Positions 19,436-28,124 of a stretch of DNA of 64,000 nt are shown here, one piece after another. The position numbers and the translations under genes are program-made. The notes under the pieces were generated by a model. The model did not search any database and was not told where the DNA came from. It saw only the letters and a list, made by a program, of their open reading frames with translations. Source of the stretch: Promethearchaeota archaeon (lineage in GTDB: Archaea > Asgardarchaeota > Lokiarchaeia > Sigyniarchaeales > SOKP01); the NCBI GenBank assembly GCA_008080735.1, contig SHMW01000007.1:1-64000 (forward strand), read 5' to 3'. Within the stretch, counting starts at the first letter, position 1. Every line of letters starts with the position of its first letter.

Positions 19436-22294
19436 TCAAAAAATGATATTTTTCTTTCTTGAATGCAATTTAAAGATTTCAATACCAACAATTCCAGGCA
19501 GAGCACATATAATACAAAGGAACCAATCTAAACCTGATAGAAACATGAAGTTAAGCTGAAAATTAAGCTTAAGTACATCGTTAATTGTATAATTTACCGA
19601 ATAAGAAAAAATAATAACTAATATGTGAAGGATTAGCGGAATGAGACAGATAAATAAAACAAGTATGGAAAACTCTTCCTTGAGACTTTTGACTAAAGAT
19701 TTATTAGGACGCCTAAATGTCCAGATGAAATTGGTCTCCACAATCATAACAGTGGTAATGAGCATCGTCCGTGCTTTCTGGGCAATCAATTGATCTAGTG
19801 TGGACCCAATTGGAATATAACTTAAAGAGGGATTGACATTCAGATCATTGAGAGGGATTATTTCCATATAAGTAAATTGGAAAATAACCACGAGTGAAAT
19901 TCCCATTAAAAATGCTTGAATACATAACATCAGCCAAATATTCTTATTTAATATTTCTTCTCCGTCTCGCGGGGATTCTTTCATTATATCTATTGGTTTC
20001 TTATCGATTAATAAAGCCAGAGCGGGAAATGTATGAGCTAAATTGACAAGATAAAGGATTTGCCAGTTTGAGCTAAAAATCTCAAACATAGGAAAGAATT
20101 CATAGCCAAAAAAGATAACAGCTTCCATTATATTCAGACATATGAAAAAATATATTATTGTTCTTATTTTTGCAAATAATGATCTACCAATCTCAACCCC
20201 ATTTTTTATCGACGCAAAATTATCATCAGTTATGACTATATCTGAAACATCTTTAGCGACATCAGTACCAGTGATCCCCAAAGCAACTCCCGCATCAGCT
20301 TTTCTCAAAGCCAGAGAATCATTAATTCCATCTCCGGTCATAGCAACAATTTTATTATCCCCTTGGAAGTGATCTACAATTATTTCCTTATCTGAAGGAT
20401 TTACGCGAGAAAAAACCGTGATATATTTAAAATCTTTATTTTTTAGGGTATGAATTTTATTACCTTCAATTATTTTATCTCCCTCATTAAATATCCCCAC
20501 TTCAGAAGCAATTGTTTTTGAAGTAGCTGGATGGTCTCCAGTTATCATAATCACTCGAATTTGAGCAGACTTACATTGACTAACAGCGTCTCTAACTTCC
20601 TCTCGCGGTGGATCCATAATACAAATAAGACCCAAAAAGATGAGGTCGGTTTCTATTTCAGCCCTTTCTTGATTTTCAAATTCCTCAAGGTGTTTATATG
20701 CGACCCCTAATAACCTATATCCCTTTTCGGCATAGCTGGTAATTTTTTCTGACAATTTCAATTTTATCTCTTCAGTTAATTCTATTACATCTCCTTGAAT
20801 AAACATTGAAGAACATATTTCTATTAGTTTCTCTGGGGCTCCTTTACAATATGCTAAAATATCGGCATTAGACTCTCTCTTTTTGCAGACAGTTGTCATC
20901 ATTTTTGTCTCCGAACTGAAGGAATATTCAAATAATATCTCATACATTTTCCTAACCTTTTCGGGATTATAATCCGCTTTTTCTGCTAAAACAAGTAGAG
21001 CCGCTTCAGTAGATGAACCAATTGGTCTTCTGATGCTCTTTTTTTCTACATTCCTCCCCTTTATTTTTACTTCTTCAAATGTTAGTTTTGCATTATTATT
21101 AAGAATGAGAGAATGGAATAACGTCTGAGTAAGAGAATCATTAGTTTTGTCAATTCTTTTGCCATCTATACTAATTTCTCCTTGATTTATATAACCTGAG
21201 CCAGATACATTGTATTCATCTAGTTGAAATATGATTTTCTTTACTGTCATCTCATTTTTAGTAATCGTACCTGTTTTATCAGCACAAATCACAGAAACTC
21301 GTCCTAAAGATTCTATCGCCGAGAGATTTTTTATAATCACACCTCTTTTTGCCATTTCTAGCACGCCCGTAATAAGAACAAGAGTTACTAATAATGGTAG
21401 ATTAACGGGAAACACATTTATCGCTCTGATTAGAGCATTGGAAACAATATCAATAACCGATATTTCGATAATCTCAGTTAGTAATAAAATACTTTTATAA
21501 GTGATTAAAATTGTAAGCAGAATTATTGCTATTATCCCTAAAATATATCCTAATCGATTGAGCTTTTTTGTGAGAGGTATTTGCTCAAGTGTCCCCATTT
21601 GATTTAATGATTCTGAGATATGTCCGATTTCTGTTTGAGCGCCGGTATATATTACCATTATTTTCGCTCGACCGGTATGCACAAAAGTTCCCATGAAAAC
21701 CATATTTTGCTGTTTTTGAATGGGAAGATCGGTATTTTTCAAGGTTGAATCAGACTTTTCCACAGATTCACTTTCTCCCGTCAATGGTGCTTCATTTATT
21801 GATAAATTCACGGTGGAGAAAATTCTTCCATCTGCAGGTACTTTATCTCCTTGACTGAGTAATACAATATCACCGGGAACGATTTTTTTAGTGGAGATTT
21901 CTTGTTCTTCTCCATCTCTGAGAATATTAGCTTTTAATGCTGCAATTTCTTGTAAAGATTCTAGCGCCTTCTGAGCACGGTATTGTTGAAATATCGCAGC
22001 AAATGAATTTATGAAGATTACGATGAAGGTTATTATCGTTTCCTCGATTGAACCAAATACAGAGATTATGATACCCGAAATGATGAGGACCACGATTAGA
22101 AAATTAAATAAAGGAGCAAGATAAACTTTCCAGATGGATTTATCGATCTTGGGCAATTCATTTTTTCCATATCTCTCTAATCTGCTTTGTGCTTGTTCTT
22201 GAGTGAGACCATTTTTTAAGTTCGTTCCAAGTGTCTTGCTTAAATCCTCGGGAGGTAAGCTATATGGGTTCTTTATATCTTCTGTTATGCTCAT
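19436..22294 (-). CDS. P-type ATPase (P2-like scaffold) with atypical membrane binding site
   Basis: TGES, DKTGT, KGAPE, DPPR, TGD, GDGIND; TM4 PVNLP instead of PEGLP. Confidence 0.92.
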   Translation of the reverse strand: MSITEDIKNPYSLPPEDLSKTLGTNLKNGLTQEQAQSRLERYGKNELPKIDKSIWKVYLAPLFNFLIVVLIISGIIISVFGSIEETIITFIVIFINSFAAIFQQYRAQKALESLQEIAALKANILRDGEEQEISTKKIVPGDIVLLSQGDKVPADGRIFSTVNLSINEAPLTGESESVEKSDSTLKNTDLPIQKQQNMVFMGTFVHTGRAKIMVIYTGAQTEIGHISESLNQMGTLEQIPLTKKLNRLGYILGIIAIILLTILITYKSILLLTEIIEISVIDIVSNALIRAINVFPVNLPLLVTLVLITGVLEMAKRGVIIKNLSAIESLGRVSVICADKTGTITKNEMTVKKIIFQLDEYNVSGSGYINQGEISIDGKRIDKTNDSLTQTLFHSLILNNNAKLTFEEVKIKGRNVEKKSIRRPIGSSTEAALLVLAEKADYNPEKVRKMYEILFEYSFSSETKMMTTVCKKRESNADILAYCKGAPEKLIEICSSMFIQGDVIELTEEIKLKLSEKITSYAEKGYRLLGVAYKHLEEFENQERAEIETDLIFLGLICIMDPPREEVRDAVSQCKSAQIRVIMITGDHPATSKTIASEVGIFNEGDKIIEGNKIHTLKNKDFKYITVFSRVNPSDKEIIVDHFQGDNKIVAMTGDGINDSLALRKADAGVALGITGTDVAKDVSDIVITDDNFASIKNGVEIGRSLFAKIRTIIYFFICLNIMEAVIFFGYEFFPMFEIFSSNWQILYLVNLAHTFPALALLIDKKPIDIMKESPRDGEEILNKNIWLMLCIQAFLMGISLVVIFQFTYMEIIPLNDLNVNPSLSYIPIGSTLDQLIAQKARTMLITTVMIVETNFIWTFRRPNKSLVKSLKEEFSILVLFICLIPLILHILVIIFSYSVNYTINDVLKLNFQLNFMFLSGLDWFLCIICALPGIVGIEIFKLHSRKKNIIF

Positions 22295-22331
22295 AAGCAG
22301 ACCTTATTCACTTATAAAACTTTAATTTCAT

Positions 22332-22943
22332 CTATTTCATCTCATGGTTAATCTCTTGCTTGGCTTCTTTATAAAACGCCTCAACTATTCTTAAGCGTTT
22401 TGTCGCTAATTCTTTAGATTCGTCTAAAAATAATTTTTGGTCCAACTTCAAGATTTTATTATCCAAGTGTTCTATTACCTCATTAAAACTTCCCTTATTC
22501 TTAACCGTAAATCCAATCGTTCTATAAAGTCCAATGGCGCCTAATGCGTCCAATTTATCCACATCGGACAACACCATTGCCTCCAATGTTTCCGGTCTAA
22601 GATTATATGAAAATGAGTGCGCTTTTATTGAATGTATAATATTTTCTATCTCATTCTCTTTTAGTTTGATATTTCCATTCTTAAAAAACTCAAGGGCCAT
22701 TTCTGCAGAGATTTCAGCATGATTTTTTACTGAATTTTCATCTTCTTTGGTTCGACCGATATCATGCATTAAGGCAGCTATTCTAAGTATGAATAGATCT
22801 GCTCCAACTGTTTTTCCAATTTTGAGGGATAAATTGCAAACTCGCTTAGTATGTTTAAAACCGTGGATATCATCCTTGAAGGAATTATCAGAAGAGAATT
22901 GCTCGACTCTTTTTAGGATTTTTTTTCTTTCTGATTGTTCCAT
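22332..22943 (-). CDS. HD-domain phosphohydrolase
   Basis: HGFKH..RV, ALMHDIG, AHSFS, DVDKLDALGAIG. Confidence 0.9.
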   Translation of the reverse strand: MEQSERKKILKRVEQFSSDNSFKDDIHGFKHTKRVCNLSLKIGKTVGADLFILRIAALMHDIGRTKEDENSVKNHAEISAEMALEFFKNGNIKLKENEIENIIHSIKAHSFSYNLRPETLEAMVLSDVDKLDALGAIGLYRTIGFTVKNKGSFNEVIEHLDNKILKLDQKLFLDESKELATKRLRIVEAFYKEAKQEINHEMK

Positions 22944-23109
22944 ATTATTCTAAGCACCGAAATGATAATAGATCTAATATATATGAATAATTCATTACTC
23001 GTTTAATCTATAACTATTGATTGCTCAATAGAAATATTTAGATAAAGGATCTCTTAATGTTGCTTTTAAAAAGCTGGATAGCGTTTAAAGGAAGCAAATT
23101 AAGTGAAAG

Positions 23110-24054
23110 TTAAAACTTTTCATTGAATCCATCAAATTGGTCTATTAATAAATCGGAATCTTTTCTATATAATACATTTAGCGCATAAGCCTGATTCGAC
23201 AAATAGGTTTCTCCTAATAGTAGAGATACTCGTATATGATGGTCATTTTCACTAAATATTGGTACAATTGAATCCCATTTAGAAAAAAAGGAATAATTTT
23301 TGGTCAACTCTAAAGTTTTATCAAGAAGAACCATTTTTTTGGAATTTTTATCGATTTGAGTATCAATTAATTTCTGTTTTTGATTTTTAAAATAGGATTT
23401 TTTGAATAATTGGTATCGTATACAAGACTCTTCGTTAATGTATTTGTAAATATAATAATCAAATGGATATAATCCGGGAATATATTTGGAATTCTTGGAT
23501 AACTTGAATTTGAATATAATTTTGGATACAAATTTATTGAGAAAATATATTGAATAGAACAACACAAAGCTGGGAAATAGATAAAAAAGTAATATGAAAG
23601 GATTTAAAAACCTAAAGAAAATTGAGACAATAAGAATACCTATTGAAATGAACATTAAGAAAGGATTTACCGCTCTATCAATGAAAAAGCGATATTTCTT
23701 CTTTGAAAAAGGATACACGATTGGAATCTTTGAGGCAGTGAGAAAATCAAAGAAAATATGGAGAAAATAAAATGCAGTCCCGATAATCCAAGTAGCAATT
23801 AAATCTGCTCCCATTAGAAAAAAAAGAAATACACTAGGGAAGAATGAAATTAGAATAGCACCCACAATAGAATGAGAAACGCCTTTATGCGATAACAATT
23901 TAGAATTCCTAAATTTGGGGATTATTTCAAGAAAAACATCCAAATCAGCTAAAATTGCCATAAATACCGCGTAGTAAAAAAAAACTATATCCATTCCTTT
24001 TAACAGATAACTAGCGAATAAAATAGCAATAATAAAGTGCGAAAAAAAGTCCAT
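23110..24054 (-). CDS. Membrane-bound metal-dependent hydrolase (YdjM-like)
   Basis: MDFFSH, ADLD, HKGVSHS, HIFFD motifs. Confidence 0.8.
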   Translation of the reverse strand: MDFFSHFIIAILFASYLLKGMDIVFFYYAVFMAILADLDVFLEIIPKFRNSKLLSHKGVSHSIVGAILISFFPSVFLFFLMGADLIATWIIGTAFYFLHIFFDFLTASKIPIVYPFSKKKYRFFIDRAVNPFLMFISIGILIVSIFFRFLNPFILLFYLFPSFVLFYSIYFLNKFVSKIIFKFKLSKNSKYIPGLYPFDYYIYKYINEESCIRYQLFKKSYFKNQKQKLIDTQIDKNSKKMVLLDKTLELTKNYSFFSKWDSIVPIFSENDHHIRVSLLLGETYLSNQAYALNVLYRKDSDLLIDQFDGFNEKF

Positions 24055-24222
24055 ATCTCATTTAGGAAAATTGATATAAGAATTTTAAGTTAGTTCTAAT
24101 ATCTTATAATAATTCAGCACAGAAAATTTAGAATTAATAAAAAAATTTCTCTTATGTATTTCAAAACAAATATTCAAGCAGATTTCAAAACATTTTACGC
24201 TTTTTGACTTTGAAATCCATCT

Positions 24223-24654
24223 TCAATATGAGATATCCCGGTCCTCTAAAAACGATTTAATTTTTTCTTCAAGTTCATCCCGTGCAGATCTAAATCGTTC
24301 AATTCTTTCTTCCTCAGAACCTTCAAATGCAGCGGGATCTTCAATATTCCAAAATAACCTCGTGCTCACTCCTGGCAGGGTGGGACATAATTTTTCAGCC
24401 TTTTGACATACGGTAATAACAATCCCGAAATGCTTCTCTCCTAAATATTGATCCAAATCTTTAGAGTAATGATCACTCATATCATATCCCTTTTCTTCCA
24501 TAACTTTTTTAGTAAGAGGATGAATTTCCTTTGGCTCAAACCCCGCGCTGAATACATTGAAATAATCTCCAGCAAGTTTGTCCAAAATCGCTTCTGCCAT
24601 CTGACTTCTTGCTTGATTATGAGTACATAAAAAAATTACACTCGGCTTTTTCAT
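24223..24654 (-). CDS. arsC: Arsenate reductase, thioredoxin-coupled LMWP family
   Basis: CTHNQARSQMAE, TVCQKAEKLCP, WNIEDP. Confidence 0.88.
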   Translation of the reverse strand: MKKPSVIFLCTHNQARSQMAEAILDKLAGDYFNVFSAGFEPKEIHPLTKKVMEEKGYDMSDHYSKDLDQYLGEKHFGIVITVCQKAEKLCPTLPGVSTRLFWNIEDPAAFEGSEEERIERFRSARDELEEKIKSFLEDRDISY

Positions 24655-24749
24655 AAATCAATCATCATTGAATTTAATTTAAAAATTACTTCTATATAAT
24701 ATATATTTTTAGGCGATTTACTCAATACAAAAATTTTTGAGGAGGCGAT

Positions 24750-24796
24750 CCTCATGTCGATCTCTTACTAAGATTTATTAAGAGATTTCATTCATT
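24750..24796 (-). promoter_or_regulatory. Candidate SECIS-like / kink-turn RNA hairpin
   Basis: Minus strand ATG-AAT-GA-A-ATCTCTTA-AT-AAA-TCTTAG-TAAGAGAT-C-GA-CAT: tandem GA core, 3-nt bulge, 8-bp stem, AAA 11 nt after ATGA. Confidence 0.45.
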
Positions 24797-24905
24797 TTTA
24801 TTATTAATCAAAATAATGTCCAAAGTGTTCGTGGTTTTTTCCATATCTTTTATCTAAGCTATTTTTAAATTCAGCAATGTCTAACCTTTCCCGAATCTTT
24901 TCTCA

Positions 24906-25256
24906 TCAACAACCAGGGTCAAGTTGAATATTAATGTCACTCTCTGGTATTAAGGAATAATCGGGATTTTCATGTAAAGGCATAAATTCTCTATTAGGGC
25001 CGTAGGCCATTATTCCCACATCATCATATATTTTATTGGTTTTCGGATTCCAGATTAATTGTAAATAGTTATAAATATATCCTTCGAAAATGGGGAAGAT
25101 ACAATCTTCTGGATTATTTTTTATGTATTTGTCGACTTTAGCAATGGCTTCAGCTAGATTCGCATCGTCTTTAATTTGGACATTAAAAGATTTTCCTTGA
25201 GACAACCCACTATAGGGCATGCTTATACTAATTTTGATGGTTTTAAATTCAATCAC
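24906..25256 (-). CDS. Beta-grasp/ubiquitin-like protein ending PGC, possibly extended by selenocysteine
   Basis: MoaD/SAMP-like pattern (IKISI, FNVQI, NLAEAIAKV, LIPESDINIQL); ends GGT TGT TGA TGA. Confidence 0.6.
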   Translation of the reverse strand: MIEFKTIKISISMPYSGLSQGKSFNVQIKDDANLAEAIAKVDKYIKNNPEDCIFPIFEGYIYNYLQLIWNPKTNKIYDDVGIMAYGPNREFMPLHENPDYSLIPESDINIQLDPGC

Positions 25257-25319
25257 CTTAAAGTTTCTTGGAATTCAAATAATTCTGTTTCTTTAACAAG
25301 TAAATAAAACTAATTAAAA

Positions 25320-25745
25320 CTATTTGCTTGACCATAATTTGACCTTACTTTCTATTTGGTCACGTATTTTTCTAAAAAAAGCCAATTTTTCCTCCTCGGA
25401 GCCTTCAAACGCTGCGGGGTCTTCGAAAGGCCAATGTAATTCTTCTTGTACACCCAGAATAGTGGGGCAGGATTCTTTAGCACTCGAACAAACAGTAATA
25501 ACAATATCAATATCAATTTTCTTCATTAATTCTCTTATATGCTTTGAGTTATGACCACTCCAATCGAATCCTGCCTCTTCGAGCACTTTTATAGTATATG
25601 GATGTATGGGATGCGGTTCTGTTCCTGCACTATAGGCATTATATCTATCATTTCCATATTTATTGATAAATGCTTCCGTCATTTGACTCCTGCATGAGTT
25701 CCCCGTACATACGACTACTATATTTTTTTTACCCATTTGAATCAT
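25320..25745 (-). CDS. arsC: Arsenate reductase, thioredoxin-coupled LMWP family
   Basis: CTGNSCRSQM, TVCSSAKESCP, HWPFEDP. Confidence 0.9.
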   Translation of the reverse strand: MIQMGKKNIVVVCTGNSCRSQMTEAFINKYGNDRYNAYSAGTEPHPIHPYTIKVLEEAGFDWSGHNSKHIRELMKKIDIDIVITVCSSAKESCPTILGVQEELHWPFEDPAAFEGSEEEKLAFFRKIRDQIESKVKLWSSK

Positions 25746-25776
25746 CTCTCGTTGAATGTAATTTTGGGGGTATGTT

Positions 25777-26055
25777 TTAATTTATGAATCCTCTTTCCTT
25801 TAAAATCTTGGGTAATTGTTTTTTTAAAGCATAAACTGAGGATATTTTTTTTTTTTCATCAATTATAATACATTTTTGAAATAATTTCATCTTCGCAGCT
25901 TTTTTGGAATGTAATGATTTTGTATCGTGTTCAATATATTTTATATATGGTGTAAGGACTTCAAAAACGCGATTCATAAAATTTTCCCATTCACATGCAC
26001 AAACTTGAAGCGGAACATAAATATCTACTTTAACTTTTTCATTCTGGTTTGACAT
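25777..26055 (-). CDS. Small CxC protein, possibly an ArsD/thioredoxin-like metallochaperone
   Basis: VDIYVPLQVCAC resembles the ArsD N-terminal motif; lies inside the ars operon. Confidence 0.5.
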   Translation of the reverse strand: MSNQNEKVKVDIYVPLQVCACEWENFMNRVFEVLTPYIKYIEHDTKSLHSKKAAKMKLFQKCIIIDEKKKISSVYALKKQLPKILKERGFIN

Positions 26056-26082
26056 AAAAATCCTTCTTATGAATAATTAAAA

Positions 26083-26418
26083 TTAACAACAACATTCATT
26101 ATTATTTTTCTTCGAACGTTTTCTAGCATCCCATAAGCACCCACACCCTTTTTGTTCTTGCATTATTATCGCGTGGGTTGGACAATTTCTCTCACATGCA
26201 CTACATTCAGTACATTTTTCAGGCTCACCGATATTATATGTCCCATCGTTTTCCTCTTTTAGAAGTCCAAATGGGCATATCTCCTCACACAAACCGCAAC
26301 CGATACATTTTGAGGGATCTATAGCTATCTTTAAGTTTAAATTCTTCAAAAAACCTTCAATAACACTGCTAGAGTCACAACAGCTATTGTTTTTTTCTAA
26401 TTTTGTCATTTTTCTCAA
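26083..26418 (-). CDS. hgcB: HgcB-like 2[4Fe-4S] ferredoxin
   Basis: CIGCGLCEEICP and CTECSACERNCP, then GCGC, C-terminal CCC; directly follows the hgcA-like gene. Confidence 0.75.
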   Translation of the reverse strand: MRKMTKLEKNNSCCDSSSVIEGFLKNLNLKIAIDPSKCIGCGLCEEICPFGLLKEENDGTYNIGEPEKCTECSACERNCPTHAIIMQEQKGCGCLWDARKRSKKNNNECCC

Positions 26419-26435
26419 AACATTATAGATTCTTA

Positions 26436-28100
26436 TTATAATATTATTATACTCAAAAGGGTAAGAAATAACCCAACACAGAGTAAAATGTAATTTAATT
26501 TTTTAAATAATGGATATTCATTTCTAATTTCTCTTGGGTTTGTTGACATAGTATATCCGCTAAAAGACATTGTAGTGAAGAATCCAATCCATAGAAAAAA
26601 GATTAAATTTAGAATAACGTAGTATAACGAAAAACTAAGAAACCACGTAACTATTCCAAGGGAAATTGTATTAATAATACCAAAAAACATACTTTTTAGA
26701 ACAAAATTACGCGTAAAGTTAGAGAGAGGGTAAAGGAGAATTAATAAAAGATTTGGAAAGAGTATCCAAATTAAAAGATCGGCAGCCATCCAAGTTTTAT
26801 TGATGATATTCGCAAGATCTAGGGCAAAAAGGATAAAAAATAGAATAATTAATGGAAGAAGAAATATTTTTCTCAAAAGAAATGTCGTATGTGTTATTCC
26901 CGCAGGAATCCGATGTCGGAAAGTAAATTTGGCTCTCTTCATTTGCTTAGACTTCTTCTTTGGTTTTTTAATAAGGTATTCCTTCAAGTACCGTGACCAT
27001 ACTGGACCATATTCAATCTTAAATGGAAATATTTCTGAATGCTCTGGTAAATTGGGTTTTGAAAGCCCTCCGGCAGAAAGCTGGGGTAAAATGATAGTAT
27101 TATTGTCAGTAATATGTTTCACGCCTGTCGCTTCAACCGCTTCAAGTAATTGTTCATTACCAAAATCATCTCCTCTCGCAGCACACCAGACATTAATACC
27201 ATTAGAGTCAATACATAATATCCATGCATCAATACCTTCTAAATCTCTCATAACTTTAATAAAAGTATATGCATAATTAGCAGTTGCAATAATCGGAGAA
27301 TAATTATTTGGATTACCCGATTTATATAATCCAGGTTCAATCGGAACATTATCAACCTGACCTGTCAATAGGCATCTCCAAATTTTTAGTTGTGATGAAA
27401 TACCTTTTATTTTTGGTTTTTCTGGTTTATAATAACCCGGTTCATTCTTTTCTTCTTCAAATGATTTTTCTAATTCTATAGCTTGAATTGATCCGTGAGT
27501 CCATTTTTTTATGTCGGCTATTTTGAAACCAATCGGTTCTAAATAATCTTCAAAATACTCTAAAGGATTAGTTCTCTCAAGTTTTAATCTTCTTAATTTT
27601 TTATTATATAACCACCTTTTCACCCAGAATGGAACCTTCCAAACTCCAGAGGGAATAAACTCTGCTGCAATTATTAATCGACCATCAGATTTTAATGCTT
27701 TCCACGCATTACGAAGAAAGATTTGTTGTTCCAACGGTCTTAGTTCTGATAACATAAAGGTACTAATGATTAAATCCTGAGAATCCTCTGGAACTTTCAA
27801 ATCTTTAATTGTACCAATTTGATATAGCAAATCTATATTATCTTTTTTTGGCATATTTTTCAAAGCATAGCTAATCATCTGATAATTTTCATCAAGAGCT
27901 CTGACTTTAGCGCCTTTTAACGCAATCTTTAAAGCCAAAATCCCAGTGCCGCACCCAACTTCTAAAACAGATTGATCATATTCAATCTTTTCTAAGATCC
28001 AGTTCTGAATTTTAATATTTACTCCTTTTGTGAGATTAGTAAACTTTGAATCGTAATTTGCAGGTTCCTGCTCCAATTTTTGCATGTAAGTAACAGCCAT
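26436..28100 (-). CDS. hgcA: SAM-dependent methyltransferase fused to an HgcA-like corrinoid protein
   Basis: N-terminal VLEVGCGTG, DLIISTFMLSEL; then IEPGLYKSGNP..SPIIATANY, GINVWCAARG, IILPQLSAGG, YGPVWS; about five C-terminal TM helices. Confidence 0.8.
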   Translation of the reverse strand: MAVTYMQKLEQEPANYDSKFTNLTKGVNIKIQNWILEKIEYDQSVLEVGCGTGILALKIALKGAKVRALDENYQMISYALKNMPKKDNIDLLYQIGTIKDLKVPEDSQDLIISTFMLSELRPLEQQIFLRNAWKALKSDGRLIIAAEFIPSGVWKVPFWVKRWLYNKKLRRLKLERTNPLEYFEDYLEPIGFKIADIKKWTHGSIQAIELEKSFEEEKNEPGYYKPEKPKIKGISSQLKIWRCLLTGQVDNVPIEPGLYKSGNPNNYSPIIATANYAYTFIKVMRDLEGIDAWILCIDSNGINVWCAARGDDFGNEQLLEAVEATGVKHITDNNTIILPQLSAGGLSKPNLPEHSEIFPFKIEYGPVWSRYLKEYLIKKPKKKSKQMKRAKFTFRHRIPAGITHTTFLLRKIFLLPLIILFFILFALDLANIINKTWMAADLLIWILFPNLLLILLYPLSNFTRNFVLKSMFFGIINTISLGIVTWFLSFSLYYVILNLIFFLWIGFFTTMSFSGYTMSTNPREIRNEYPLFKKLNYILLCVGLFLTLLSIIIL

Positions 28101-28124
28101 TTAAACCTCTCTGATGTATCTAAA

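Noticed and set aside
24867-24905. Tiny frame MRKDSGKVRHC-TGA overlapping the stop of the beta-grasp gene
   Set aside because: Only 11 codons, with TAA two codons later; no support for coding
26436-28100. Calling the fusion ArsM or CdhE
   Set aside because: The methyltransferase part lacks the multiple conserved ArsM cysteines; the TM anchor, NVWCAA motif and downstream ferredoxin fit HgcA rather than CdhE
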